From Bacilli bacterium (GTDB lineage Bacteria > Bacillota_I > Bacilli_A > RF39 > UBA660): a stretch of DNA of 58,113 bases. Location: positions 1 through 58,113 of the forward strand of contig JAFURK010000034.1 in assembly GCA_017480975.1 (NCBI GenBank), given 5' to 3'. The notes below the pieces were generated by a model. That model was given only the letters and a program-made list of their open reading frames with translations. It made no database searches and was not told where the DNA came from. Shown piece after piece: positions 27,610 to 37,606 of this stretch; the stretch's first letter is position 1, and each line of letters starts with the position of its first letter. The translations under genes and the position numbers were made by a program.

Positions 27610-28803
27610 TTACTGATTATTAGCAAACATACTAGAAATATCAAATGGTTGCGAACCATCAGAAGTATAAACTCCCATTCCAGTTCCTTGCAAATTACTA
27701 GTATTTTTACTATTTTCAGCTACATTAGTATTTGGTTCAATTCCATTAGATACATTTGATGATTGATTTCCATTTGCCATCCCTACTTGTTGATTGTTAA
27801 TTGCATTTACTCCTTGCTGTTGTACCGCTTGTCCACCAATCATACCATTATCAAGATTAACCCCAACAGAAACACCAGGAGTAACAGACATATTTGAATT
27901 TACAGCCATATTTTGATTAATCATCTGCGAATTTTCCATTCCACTATTAACATTCATATTTGGAACAGGTGCAGAATTCATTGACATATTTGACATTTGT
28001 AATTGTACATTAGGCATTTCCCCTATTCCGTTATTTTCCCCTAAATTATTAGGCATTCCTACGGTAGAACCTACATTTGACATTGAATTTATACTTGACA
28101 TTGGATTTATATTTGGCATAGAATTTGCAGATTGCATAGATACTGAATTTACTTCCGGATTTACAGCAACCATTTGCGGTGTTTCAACCATACCAACCGT
28201 TGCATTTAAATTACTTTGAAAACTTTGATTAACATTCATTTCTGGAATTGGCATCGAATTTACTTCTACATTTGACACTAAAGGTTGTACATTTTGTCCA
28301 TTAGCCATCCCATTTTCTAATCCTAAATTACTTACCATTTCTACATTATTATTTATGTCTTGAACTGGTACAGAAGCAACTTCAATATTTACATTTTGCG
28401 GTTGCATATTAGCCATTTGACTAGTTGAAGTATCAAAAGATGGTGTTACACCTACAACTTCAGAAACTATTTGATTTGCAGCAGCATTAACTACCTGTGG
28501 TTGTTCATTCATAACTTGTGCATTTTGTTCATTAGAAATAGAAACATTATCAACTTGCGGTTGAACAACTTGTTCATTAACAGCAGCAGGACTGGAAATA
28601 GTTTCATTATTTACTTGAGTAACATTAGTACTATCTGGTACTAAATTATCATTATTATTCTCACTAACCTTAGAAGAACTCTTTTTCTTCTTATTATCCT
28701 TATTTTTAGAATCAACTAAAAAACCTATTACACCAATTATTAAAATTATTAACACAACTAAGATATAAACATAATATTCTATCAAAAATTCTACAAAACT
28801 CAT
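27610..28803 (-). CDS. N-terminally anchored, N/Q/M/V/S-rich low-complexity repeat protein
   Basis: 397 aa. It has an N-terminal TM and a basic patch (KKKKSSSK). About 340 aa of degenerate repeats follow, of the type NVxVxSxPVPxMNVN / MSNxGxxxGM. Confidence 0.6.
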   Translation of the reverse strand: MSFVEFLIEYYVYILVVLIILIIGVIGFLVDSKNKDNKKKKSSSKVSENNNDNLVPDSTNVTQVNNETISSPAAVNEQVVQPQVDNVSISNEQNAQVMNEQPQVVNAAANQIVSEVVGVTPSFDTSTSQMANMQPQNVNIEVASVPVQDINNNVEMVSNLGLENGMANGQNVQPLVSNVEVNSMPIPEMNVNQSFQSNLNATVGMVETPQMVAVNPEVNSVSMQSANSMPNINPMSSINSMSNVGSTVGMPNNLGENNGIGEMPNVQLQMSNMSMNSAPVPNMNVNSGMENSQMINQNMAVNSNMSVTPGVSVGVNLDNGMIGGQAVQQQGVNAINNQQVGMANGNQSSNVSNGIEPNTNVAENSKNTSNLQGTGMGVYTSDGSQPFDISSMFANNQ

Positions 28804-28875
28804 AAATAAGCCTCCTTTTTATTCTAATCTACTCTATTTAAAGATTACCATAAAATAAGAAAAAAGTAAATAATA

Positions 28876-30573
28876 TTACTTAATCTTACTAATGGGATTT
28901 TCTTCAACTAAACTAATTGCTTGCATTGAAACCTCTAAAGATTGCTCATACTGTCCCTTATAAAATAACATCGTAGCTCTCTCTAAACCTTGATCAACCT
29001 CACTATAAGTACTACGATACCTATTACCATAAAGTATCATTTTTTCACTAAGCTGTGAGGCCTTAATCATATCATTAGTATTATTATAGATTTTAAAAAC
29101 TAAATCTCTAGCAGTATCAACCCTAATATTAAGTATCTTAATAACGATAGGTTTTTTATCTAACTCTCTAACAATTTCCCTAATTGCATCTTGCGCCTCT
29201 TTTAATTCCACATAATAACTACTAGGAATTACTGGTAACTTATAATCTTTAAGTTTCATCTTCGCTTTCTTTAATAAATCTTGGATTGTATTTAATTGCT
29301 CTTTAGCCCTGTATTCATCATCTTGCATACTAGTAATTGATTTTAATTGATAGTCTAAATCATCTTGTAATCTCGATAACTTAATTCCTAACCCATCTAA
29401 CTCATCATACAATTTAGAATAAGCAAATGTTTTCAATTTACCTTGCTCCAACAATCTTTTAAAATCATCATTAATCGCCTCTAAATTACGATTTAAAGTA
29501 CTAAACCTATTAATCTCCGCATCTGTTAAATCATAAGTAACTCTAATATCATCAATTTGAACATAAATATCATAAACAACCTTATTAACCTTCTCTAACT
29601 TATATCTAAACTTCTTACAACCTTCCTTAAACGAATCTTTACATTCTTTTTCTTTATCAAAATCAGCAAATAAAGAATTAAAGTAATCCAAAATAGTTTT
29701 AAGCTCTATATTGGCATCCTCCATTTTTAAGTCACGAATATTATTCATAATACCTTCAGTCTTTTTAGTAATCTCCTCTAAATTATATTCAACATTCAAA
29801 TAATCCATTGGATATCCATCTCTTTGCATCCTGCCATATAAAACTTTAGCTTCCTCTATCTTACCTGGAATTAATACACTAGCCATCAATAATAATGACG
29901 AAATATTATCCAAAATATCCTTTAATTTATTTAATTCCTCTTCAATAACAATAACTATTTTTTCAACTTCAACATAGTCATTATTATCCATTGCATTTTC
30001 AAATGCCAGAAACTGATTATCTAACTTATCAAATTCTTCCTGAATTCTTGGTACTAATTCTCCATATTCCTTTTCACAGCGACTAAACTTACCTTGTAAC
30101 TCACGATAAGTAACTTTTAACTTTGTAATCAAAGCCCTATTTCTTTCTTCCGAATTAGTAATAATTTGGATTTCTTCAATTAACTTCTGACTCTTACGAC
30201 GTAACTTATCAATCTCTAACTCAATTCCCGCCATTTTCTTAACAGCACCCTTATAATCATGCTTATCAATTAGAAAATCCACTTCACTAATCTCATCGGT
30301 TATTGTTGGTAGCATCTTATCTTTAATATAACTAAAAGTACCATCCCATTCATCTAACTTGTGCTTCAAATTATCAGTTTTAACCATCCCACGAACCTTC
30401 GTAATCTCCGATAATATCTTTACATTAATAAGCTGATTTTTCTCAATATCCAATTCTTCAACTTTTTCTTTATATCTCTTACTACTTTTTCTTCTTGTAA
30501 CCAAAAAAGTAATACCAACTAAAATAATAGCAATTATAAAAGTAGTAATAACAACTAAAAATATATTATCCAT
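28876..30573 (-). CDS. ezrA: Septation ring formation regulator EzrA
   Basis: 565 aa with an N-terminal TM followed by long coiled-coil repeats. Length and pattern are typical of EzrA. Confidence 0.88.
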   Translation of the reverse strand: MDNIFLVVITTFIIAIILVGITFLVTRRKSSKRYKEKVEELDIEKNQLINVKILSEITKVRGMVKTDNLKHKLDEWDGTFSYIKDKMLPTITDEISEVDFLIDKHDYKGAVKKMAGIELEIDKLRRKSQKLIEEIQIITNSEERNRALITKLKVTYRELQGKFSRCEKEYGELVPRIQEEFDKLDNQFLAFENAMDNNDYVEVEKIVIVIEEELNKLKDILDNISSLLLMASVLIPGKIEEAKVLYGRMQRDGYPMDYLNVEYNLEEITKKTEGIMNNIRDLKMEDANIELKTILDYFNSLFADFDKEKECKDSFKEGCKKFRYKLEKVNKVVYDIYVQIDDIRVTYDLTDAEINRFSTLNRNLEAINDDFKRLLEQGKLKTFAYSKLYDELDGLGIKLSRLQDDLDYQLKSITSMQDDEYRAKEQLNTIQDLLKKAKMKLKDYKLPVIPSSYYVELKEAQDAIREIVRELDKKPIVIKILNIRVDTARDLVFKIYNNTNDMIKASQLSEKMILYGNRYRSTYSEVDQGLERATMLFYKGQYEQSLEVSMQAISLVEENPISKIK

Positions 30574-30649
30574 CTCTTCACCACCTTAATTGTTACAACA
30601 TTATTTTATCATACTTTTACCCTTTTTGGCGAGCTTTTTAATCACTTTA

Positions 30650-30685
30650 CAAAAAAAGATAGTAAAACACTAATCTTACTATCTA
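30650..30685 (-). terminator. Rho-independent terminator after typA
   Basis: Minus strand reads AGAUAGUAA-loop-UUACUAUCU (9-bp stem) followed by UUUUUU. Confidence 0.75.
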
Positions 30686-30758
30686 ATTCTATTCTAATTA
30701 TATACTAAAAGTACTGATAAGCATTTTACTAAAATTAAAGACTTACCTAATACCTATT

Positions 30759-32567
30759 TTATTTCTTACTATCATGTTTCTTTCTTAACTCTGTATTAAG
30801 AATTTCTTTACGAAGACGAATATTCTCTGGCGTAACTTCTACTAACTCATCCATATTAATATAATCAAGCGCATACTCTAATGTAATAAGACGAGGTCTT
30901 TTTAATACTACTGTATGATCTGATCCAGCCGCTCTAGTATTTGTAAGTTGTTTTCCCTTTACAACATTAACCGCCAAATCATTATCACGATTACACTCAC
31001 CAACAATCATCCCTTCATATACCTCTGTACCCGGTTCAATAAACATAATACCTCTATCTTCTAAATTTCCTAAGCTATAAGCCGTTGCTTTACCATTTTC
31101 CATTGATACAAGTACACCTAATTTTCTCTCACCTACATTAACACCTTGGACTGGAGCATATTCTTTAAAAGTATGATTAATAATTCCATATCCCTTAGTC
31201 ATCGTCATAAAATCAGTCATAAACCCAATTAAACCACGTGAAGGAACGGTATAATTTAAACGCGATAAACCATTAACACTAGACATATTATCCATAATCG
31301 CCCCGCGATTACCTAGCGCTTCAATTACATTACCAACAGACTCTTCAGGTACTTCTATTTGCACATCTTCATAAGGCTCACAACTAACGCCATCTATTTC
31401 TTTTAAAATAACTTCTGGCTTAGATACTTGTAATTCAAAACCTTCTCGACGCATATTCTCAATTAAAATTGATAAATGCAATTCTCCACGTCCTGATACT
31501 ATCCAAGATTCATTACCAGATTGTTCTACTCTTAAACTAACATCTCGTTGTGTTTCTCTAAATAATCTATCAGCTAGTTTACTAGCCGTAACAAACTTAC
31601 CTTCTCTTCCAGCAAATGGACTATTATTAGTCATAAAAGTCATCTTTAAGGTTGGCTCATCAATTCTTAAGACAGTTAATGCTTCTTCTTTACCTACATT
31701 ACATACTGTCTCACCTACAGAAATATCAGCAAGCCCTGCTATCGCCACTATATCCCCAGCTTGAGCACTCTCAATCTCAACTCTCTTAAGCCCCATAAAA
31801 CCAAATAATTTTTGAATTCTAAATTGCTTAATACTACCATCTAATCTCACACAAGATACCATCTCATTAACCTTTACAGTTCCTGATTTAATTCTACCAA
31901 TACCAATTCTACCAACAAAATCATTATAATCTAACAAAGCTGGTTGAAATTGCAAATTACCCTCTTTATTTACTTCAGGAGCTGGAATTTCACTTAATAT
32001 CAAGTCAAATAAACCATCATAACTCTCTTGCTGAGTAGAAATATCTGAATCTAAACTAGCAGTCCCATTTAAAGCTGATACATAAGCCGTCTTAAATTCA
32101 ATTTGTTCATCATCAGCCCCTAATTCAATAAATAAATCAAGTACTTCATCTAATACTTTCTCTACTCTTGCTGTTGGCTTATCTACCTTATTAATAACAA
32201 CTATTGGTTTAACCTTAGCATCTAATGCCTTCTTTAATACAAATCTTGTTTGTGGCATTGTTCCCTCATATGCATCAACAACCAAAAGAACACCATCCAC
32301 CATATTCATAATTCTCTCTACTTCACCACCAAAATCAGCATGTCCTGGAGTATCCAAAATATTAATACGTGTTCCTTTATAATTAATTGCCGTTGTTTTA
32401 GCTAAAATCGTAATACCTCTTTCCTTTTCAATATCATTAGAGTCCATTACTCTAGTCTCTACTTCTTCATTTTCACGAAAAGTCCCTGATTTTCTTAATA
32501 ATTGATCCACTAAAGTAGTTTTACCATGGTCAACATGAGCTATAATAGCAATATTTCTAATATTCAT
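30759..32567 (-). CDS. typA: Translational GTPase TypA/BipA
   Basis: 602 aa. Motifs: AIIAHVDHGKTTLVD, DTPGHADFGGEV and NKVD. Confidence 0.96.
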   Translation of the reverse strand: MNIRNIAIIAHVDHGKTTLVDQLLRKSGTFRENEEVETRVMDSNDIEKERGITILAKTTAINYKGTRINILDTPGHADFGGEVERIMNMVDGVLLVVDAYEGTMPQTRFVLKKALDAKVKPIVVINKVDKPTARVEKVLDEVLDLFIELGADDEQIEFKTAYVSALNGTASLDSDISTQQESYDGLFDLILSEIPAPEVNKEGNLQFQPALLDYNDFVGRIGIGRIKSGTVKVNEMVSCVRLDGSIKQFRIQKLFGFMGLKRVEIESAQAGDIVAIAGLADISVGETVCNVGKEEALTVLRIDEPTLKMTFMTNNSPFAGREGKFVTASKLADRLFRETQRDVSLRVEQSGNESWIVSGRGELHLSILIENMRREGFELQVSKPEVILKEIDGVSCEPYEDVQIEVPEESVGNVIEALGNRGAIMDNMSSVNGLSRLNYTVPSRGLIGFMTDFMTMTKGYGIINHTFKEYAPVQGVNVGERKLGVLVSMENGKATAYSLGNLEDRGIMFIEPGTEVYEGMIVGECNRDNDLAVNVVKGKQLTNTRAAGSDHTVVLKRPRLITLEYALDYINMDELVEVTPENIRLRKEILNTELRKKHDSKK

Positions 32568-32671
32568 AATACATCACACCTCTTTTTTTAATCCTTGCCT
32601 ATTATATCACATATTTCCCCTTTTTAAAGTACTTTTTTACAAAAAAATTAATTTCTAGTTATTTTATTACA

Positions 32672-33793
32672 CTAAAATCTTTCTAAATAATTATAAAATT
32701 TATCTTGTGTCTTTACAAATAATCGCCTTCTACCTACAAAATCAAAAATAAAATCTCTAATTAATCCCAATAAAATACAAGCAATAAAAATAATTAAAGT
32801 CCACATAATAACAAGTAAAATCAAATTATATAAACCAAATTGTCCCCATATCTTCGTTTGTAAAACCTCATAAATATAAAATATCATATAATAATTCTCA
32901 TGTATTAAATAAACATCCAACACTACCCTTGAGACAAAATTAATTTTCGAATTTTTTATTTCCAAAGTAGAAAAATATAAAAAGTAAAAGATAGATTGAA
33001 CAATAACTACCGGATTACTATATAACCGATTATTATTAAATAAATAACTTCCAATTTCTCTCAACAAAGAATTATCCATTACTACTAAAGAATGTGAAAA
33101 CTGTAAAGTCATAAAATTAAATATTAAACAAAATAACGAAATAGCGAGAAAAAGAATTTGCTTCTTATTCTTAGAATAATTTATAAAATGAACATTTTTA
33201 TCAATTGGATACTTTCTTAAATAAGCACCAATCAAATACATATACATAAAATGAACAATCGTATAACCATTATTCGCAACAGTTCCCTGATTAGTAACTA
33301 AAGGAATAATAGAAAAAACAACAAATCCTACTATTAATAACTTTCGATATTCTTTTTGACTCATACACCTAATTAATTTATTTAACCAAGGAGTTAACAA
33401 ATACAATAACAAATAACAATTTATATACCAATAATCCCTAAAATCAATTGGTAATAATTCCTTTAATAACTCCACTTTAGTTATATCAGCAAGTCCCAAA
33501 AAATAAAATAATAATACAAATAAAACTTTATAAAACCAAGTAAGTATTACTATTTTCAAAAATTTCCTTAAAGAAAATTCTTTATTATATTGAAAATAAC
33601 CTGCTACTAAAACAAAAGAATTAATATGTACTACACCAAACAATACAAAAAATTCCAAAACAAACTTAACCGTTCCCCCAACCTCATACAATCCACCATG
33701 CAAAATTAAATGCCACATAACTACAAATAGCATTGAAATAATCCGCATCACTTCAAAATTAGATTGTCTTACATTATTATTCTTTTTTAACAT
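32672..33793 (-). CDS. Acyltransferase family 3 (AT3) integral membrane O-acyltransferase
   Basis: 373 aa, about 10 TM. The N-terminal NFEVMRIISMLFVVMWHL is typical of the AT3 family. Confidence 0.8.
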   Translation of the reverse strand: MLKKNNNVRQSNFEVMRIISMLFVVMWHLILHGGLYEVGGTVKFVLEFFVLFGVVHINSFVLVAGYFQYNKEFSLRKFLKIVILTWFYKVLFVLLFYFLGLADITKVELLKELLPIDFRDYWYINCYLLLYLLTPWLNKLIRCMSQKEYRKLLIVGFVVFSIIPLVTNQGTVANNGYTIVHFMYMYLIGAYLRKYPIDKNVHFINYSKNKKQILFLAISLFCLIFNFMTLQFSHSLVVMDNSLLREIGSYLFNNNRLYSNPVVIVQSIFYFLYFSTLEIKNSKINFVSRVVLDVYLIHENYYMIFYIYEVLQTKIWGQFGLYNLILLVIMWTLIIFIACILLGLIRDFIFDFVGRRRLFVKTQDKFYNYLERF

Positions 33794-33879
33794 ATGTGTC
33801 CCTTACCTTTACTTATTAAGACACCCTTCCTATTCTTATACAAAATTATATCATTTTTAAAACCAAAAAAAAAGAATTT

Positions 33880-34644
33880 TTAACATTCTTTAACATATTT
33901 TTTTAAAATTTCACTTACTTTTTCATAACCATCATCACTTAAATGAAGACCATCAATAGTATATTTCTTATTCAAATTACCATCATTATCTAACAATGAC
34001 GAATAAACATCAATATAAATAACATTGTTATTCAATGAATATTCCTTTATTCTATTATTAATATTTTTTATTTTCTCATTACTTTTCTTTCTCGCCGGCC
34101 CATTAATATTACTATTTACCGGATAAATAGATTCCACATAAATAGTCGCAAATGGTCTATTATCTTTAATTTCTTCAACAATACTTTCAATTCCTTCAAA
34201 TATTTCGTCTTCACTTTCAAATTCTAATTGATTAGTACCAATAAGTAAAAAAACTTTAGTCGGATTATAATCATAAATTCTTCCTTGCATATCAGCTAAA
34301 ATATCAGAAGTTTTATTTCCCTCTACACCACTATTAACAAAAGGAATATCAGAAAAATACTTATTTATTTCGTATCTATTAGTAATAGAATCCCCTAAAA
34401 ATAAATAATTAGATTTCTCTAACTGACAATTATTATTTTTATTCAATAACTCTAACCTATTTCGATAACTTAGCTTAAAATCTCCCAAAATAAGTGGAAC
34501 ATCAGATGCAATATTTTCACTAGAAGGCTCTCTACTAAAATCAGGAATCAAAACAATAATAACAATAAATAAAATAAAATTTAATAACAAAGAAAGAAAA
34601 AATAAACCATTCATCTTTTTTTCTTCATTAACATTCCTAAACAT
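33880..34644 (-). CDS. Membrane-anchored SGNH/GDSL hydrolase
   Basis: 254 aa with an N-terminal TM. It has GDSITN block I and DGLHLSDDGY block V. Confidence 0.8.
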   Translation of the reverse strand: MFRNVNEEKKMNGLFFLSLLLNFILFIVIIVLIPDFSREPSSENIASDVPLILGDFKLSYRNRLELLNKNNNCQLEKSNYLFLGDSITNRYEINKYFSDIPFVNSGVEGNKTSDILADMQGRIYDYNPTKVFLLIGTNQLEFESEDEIFEGIESIVEEIKDNRPFATIYVESIYPVNSNINGPARKKSNEKIKNINNRIKEYSLNNNVIYIDVYSSLLDNDGNLNKKYTIDGLHLSDDGYEKVSEILKKYVKEC

Positions 34645-34694
34645 AATGATATATCACCCCTATAAAATCCCAAAAAGAAAGAAATACTTTTAAA

Positions 34695-35219
34695 CTATTT
34701 CTTAACCCTTTTAAAAAAATCCATAAAATATAATATAGACACTAATATTAAATATATACCAGTAATTTTTAAATAAGTAATTATTATACTACCCGGATTA
34801 AAAATTAATAACAAACCTATTAACAAAGCTATTATTGATAGCAATAAATATTTATGTCTATTAATAGCAACACTCCCCTTTAATTTAATAAAATTAACAA
34901 ACATATCACAAGCCATAACAAATAAATAAAGACTAAATAATATTGGTAATATATTTATCATAAAACCATAATATACATATAAAATTAAACTAACCCATAT
35001 AAATACTACAGCTAGTAACAAATCAGTATAATTATTTTCTTGATACTTCTTCCCCCAAAAAAACTGTACTAATTGTATTACTCCAATAATAGCACATATA
35101 CAAACCAATATATAATTAAAAGTCCTAATCAACTCTTCCGTAGCCGCAAAAAATACTACTCCTAAAACAAAATATAAAATTCCAATCAAAATACCACTTA
35201 ATCCTACATCACTCTTCAT
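34695..35219 (-). CDS. HdeD/DUF308-like membrane protein
   Basis: 174 aa with six short TM helices in the DUF308 repeat pattern. Confidence 0.5.
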   Translation of the reverse strand: MKSDVGLSGILIGILYFVLGVVFFAATEELIRTFNYILVCICAIIGVIQLVQFFWGKKYQENNYTDLLLAVVFIWVSLILYVYYGFMINILPILFSLYLFVMACDMFVNFIKLKGSVAINRHKYLLLSIIALLIGLLLIFNPGSIIITYLKITGIYLILVSILYFMDFFKRVKK

Positions 35220-35301
35220 AAAACGAAACCTCCTTACCTACCTAATTCTCTAACCAATACTAAAATTATCTATAAGTATTATTTGTATAAAATACTTATT
35301 A

Positions 35302-36183
35302 CTAACTCTTCTTAATTATACTACTAGCAACTAATACCCCTTCACTACTAGACGTAATTAACTGATATACATTTTTATCTATAACATCACCACAAGCATA
35401 TACATCATTAATACTAGTTTCACCAGCTTCATTTACTTTAATATAACCACTATTTTTATCACCAATAAATAACTCACTATTAGGAATATGCCCTATCGCC
35501 AAAAAGACACAACTTGCCTTTATCTTCATACCATTATCTAAACAAACTCCATTTAATTTATCATCTTCAACCCAATAAGAAGAAACAATTCCTTCATAGA
35601 TAATCTCAATATTACTTATCCTTTCTATTCTCTCCTTAAGTATCTCTTCAGCCCTTAAATTAGAACCACGATAAATCAAATAAACCTTATGACATATATT
35701 AGATAAATAAATAGCTTCCGATACCGCACTACTTCCACCACCAATTACAATAACATCTTTCTCTTTATATAAAGCTCCATCACAAGTAGCACACAAACTA
35801 ATCCCTCTACCTAACCATTTTTCTTCATTTTTTAATTCCAAAGTTCGCTCTCTTCTACCCGTTGCAAATACCAAATGTTTATAACTATATTTAGTATCTC
35901 CAACTGTAATTATCTTTTTATCATAATCAATCTTACTTACATCATCATAAACTAAATCTACATCATAATTCTGTATTTGTTCTAAAAGCATCATTGATAA
36001 CTCAGTTCCACCAATTGATACATATCCTGGATAATTCTCAATTACACTAGCCTTATTTAATTGGCCTCCAGGCATATCATTTTCTAATATTAATGTCTTA
36101 ATCCCAGCTCTTTTCAAATAAATCGCACAACTAATTCCACTAATACCAGCCCCTATTATAATCGTATTATATTCTACCATCAT
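35302..36183 (-). CDS. trxB: Thioredoxin-disulfide reductase
   Basis: 293 aa. Motifs: GAGISG FAD site, CATCDG redox centre and GGGSSAVSEA NADPH site. Confidence 0.9.
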   Translation of the reverse strand: MMVEYNTIIIGAGISGISCAIYLKRAGIKTLILENDMPGGQLNKASVIENYPGYVSIGGTELSMMLLEQIQNYDVDLVYDDVSKIDYDKKIITVGDTKYSYKHLVFATGRRERTLELKNEEKWLGRGISLCATCDGALYKEKDVIVIGGGSSAVSEAIYLSNICHKVYLIYRGSNLRAEEILKERIERISNIEIIYEGIVSSYWVEDDKLNGVCLDNGMKIKASCVFLAIGHIPNSELFIGDKNSGYIKVNEAGETSINDVYACGDVIDKNVYQLITSSSEGVLVASSIIKKS

Positions 36184-36979
36184 TACCTCCTACTACTTTA
36201 CTACTAGTTGGAATTCTTTTTTTTCTCCAAATAACTATACTACCAACAATACCTATTACAATCATTATAACCGAAACAATTTGACTAATTCTAAAATCAC
36301 CTAAATATAAAGAATCACTTCTTAATCCTTCAATAAAAAATCTTCCAACACCATACCAAATTAAATAAAAACATATTTGTTTACCTACTATATTAGAATA
36401 TTTTTTTCGAATCCACATTAATATAAATACTCCAATTAAGCACCATAGTGATTCATACAAAAAAGTTGGCTGACGATATGCACCATCAATATACATACCT
36501 TGAATAATAAATTCCGGTATCATAAAACTCTTTAATGCTTCATAAGTAGTAATACCGCCGTAGGCCTCACTATTAAAGAAATTTCCCCATCTACCAATCG
36601 CTTGACCTAATAATAATGATAACGAAAATATATCTAGCATTTTAATAAAGTTCAATTTCTTTTTTACACAATAATAAGCAATATAAAGAACCCCAGCTAT
36701 TATAGCCCCATAAATAGCTAGGCCACCTTCCCAAAGCATAAATATTCCAAGCAAATTATCCTCATAAGCCGAAAAATTAAAAATAACATAATAAAGTCTA
36801 GCCCCAACTATAGCCCATATCACCAAAGAAAACAACATATCAATAATATTAGATGTCTGATAACCTAACTTTTTACAATAATTAACAATTATATTATATC
36901 CTATTAATACCGCTACTAATATTAATACTGAATACCAATAAATAGTTAATGGCCCTAACTGTATAAATACTCTATTCAT
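36167..36979 (-). CDS. lgt: Prolipoprotein diacylglyceryl transferase
   Basis: 270 aa. GRWGNFFNSEAYG and GRFFIEGLRSD are the Lgt signatures. Confidence 0.93.
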   Translation of the reverse strand: MNRVFIQLGPLTIYWYSVLILVAVLIGYNIIVNYCKKLGYQTSNIIDMLFSLVIWAIVGARLYYVIFNFSAYEDNLLGIFMLWEGGLAIYGAIIAGVLYIAYYCVKKKLNFIKMLDIFSLSLLLGQAIGRWGNFFNSEAYGGITTYEALKSFMIPEFIIQGMYIDGAYRQPTFLYESLWCLIGVFILMWIRKKYSNIVGKQICFYLIWYGVGRFFIEGLRSDSLYLGDFRISQIVSVIMIVIGIVGSIVIWRKKRIPTSSKVVGGNDGRI

Positions 36980-36981
36980 TT

Positions 36982-37449
36982 TTACTCCTTTCCTTTATAA
37001 ATAATAGGCTTTATTATCATACCTTCCATCAACATATTAAGTACTGATATAACAACTGCAATAACAAACGGTATTATAAACCCTTGTATCTGAAAATTAT
37101 CTCCCAATATAAAACTAGTAATATATAATACTAATACATTGATAATAGGATAAAACAATCCCATCGAAAGAGCTGTAATAGGCAACGTTAAATAAAATAA
37201 TACCGGCTTAATAGTTTGATTTAGAATATATATTATAACTGCTGCTAATAAAGCATATAATCCATAATACTGATTATTAATATAAAAAGAATCCTTAAAC
37301 ATACAAGACACTGCTATTAAAACAATTGCATAACCTACCATATATAATAACCATTCAAAAATTTTATTATTTATCAATCTTTTAAAATGATTCTTCTCTT
37401 TGTTATTATCAGATTCATCAATTATAATAAGTTTTTTCAAACAAATCAT
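36982..37449 (-). CDS. Holin family 4 / DUF360 (YvlD-like) membrane protein
   Basis: 155 aa with 4 TM. GLFYPIINVLVLYITSFILGDNFQIQGF fits the DUF360 pattern. Its stop is 2 nt before the lgt start. Confidence 0.6.
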   Translation of the reverse strand: MICLKKLIIIDESDNNKEKNHFKRLINNKIFEWLLYMVGYAIVLIAVSCMFKDSFYINNQYYGLYALLAAVIIYILNQTIKPVLFYLTLPITALSMGLFYPIINVLVLYITSFILGDNFQIQGFIIPFVIAVVISVLNMLMEGMIIKPIIYKGKE

Positions 37450-37560
37450 CTCCTATACCTTATATAAAAGTATAACATGAATTTCAATGGTTGTAAAATA
37501 CTTAAAAAGAATTTAGTTTTATAATTTATAAAATATTAATAAATTGAAATATATTACAAA

Positions 37561-37590
37561 TAAAAAAAATCTTCATAAATTTGAAGACTT
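37561..37590 (-). terminator. Rho-independent terminator closing the Tad-like operon
   Basis: Minus strand reads AGUCUUCA-AAUUUA-UGAAGAUU followed by UUUUUUU, 17 nt after the last gene's stop. Confidence 0.7.
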
Positions 37591-37606
37591 ATCAACAAAA
37601 AAATAA

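Noticed and set aside
36982-37449. A holin family 4 / DUF360 gene as evidence for a prophage or lysis cassette next to the pilus operon.
   Set aside because: It is coupled (2-nt gap) to lgt and trxB. It has no endolysin or phage structural neighbours, and DUF360/YvlD proteins are common chromosomal membrane proteins.
3211-37510. The recurrent word TAAGTATTTT (plus strand AAAATACTTA) in several intergenic regions (about 3213, 5041, 14701, 35290, 37497), considered as a shared regulatory motif.
   Set aside because: The word is short and AT-only, and its position relative to promoters is inconsistent. One copy is simply an arm of a hairpin after trxB, so it is compatible with chance in this composition.
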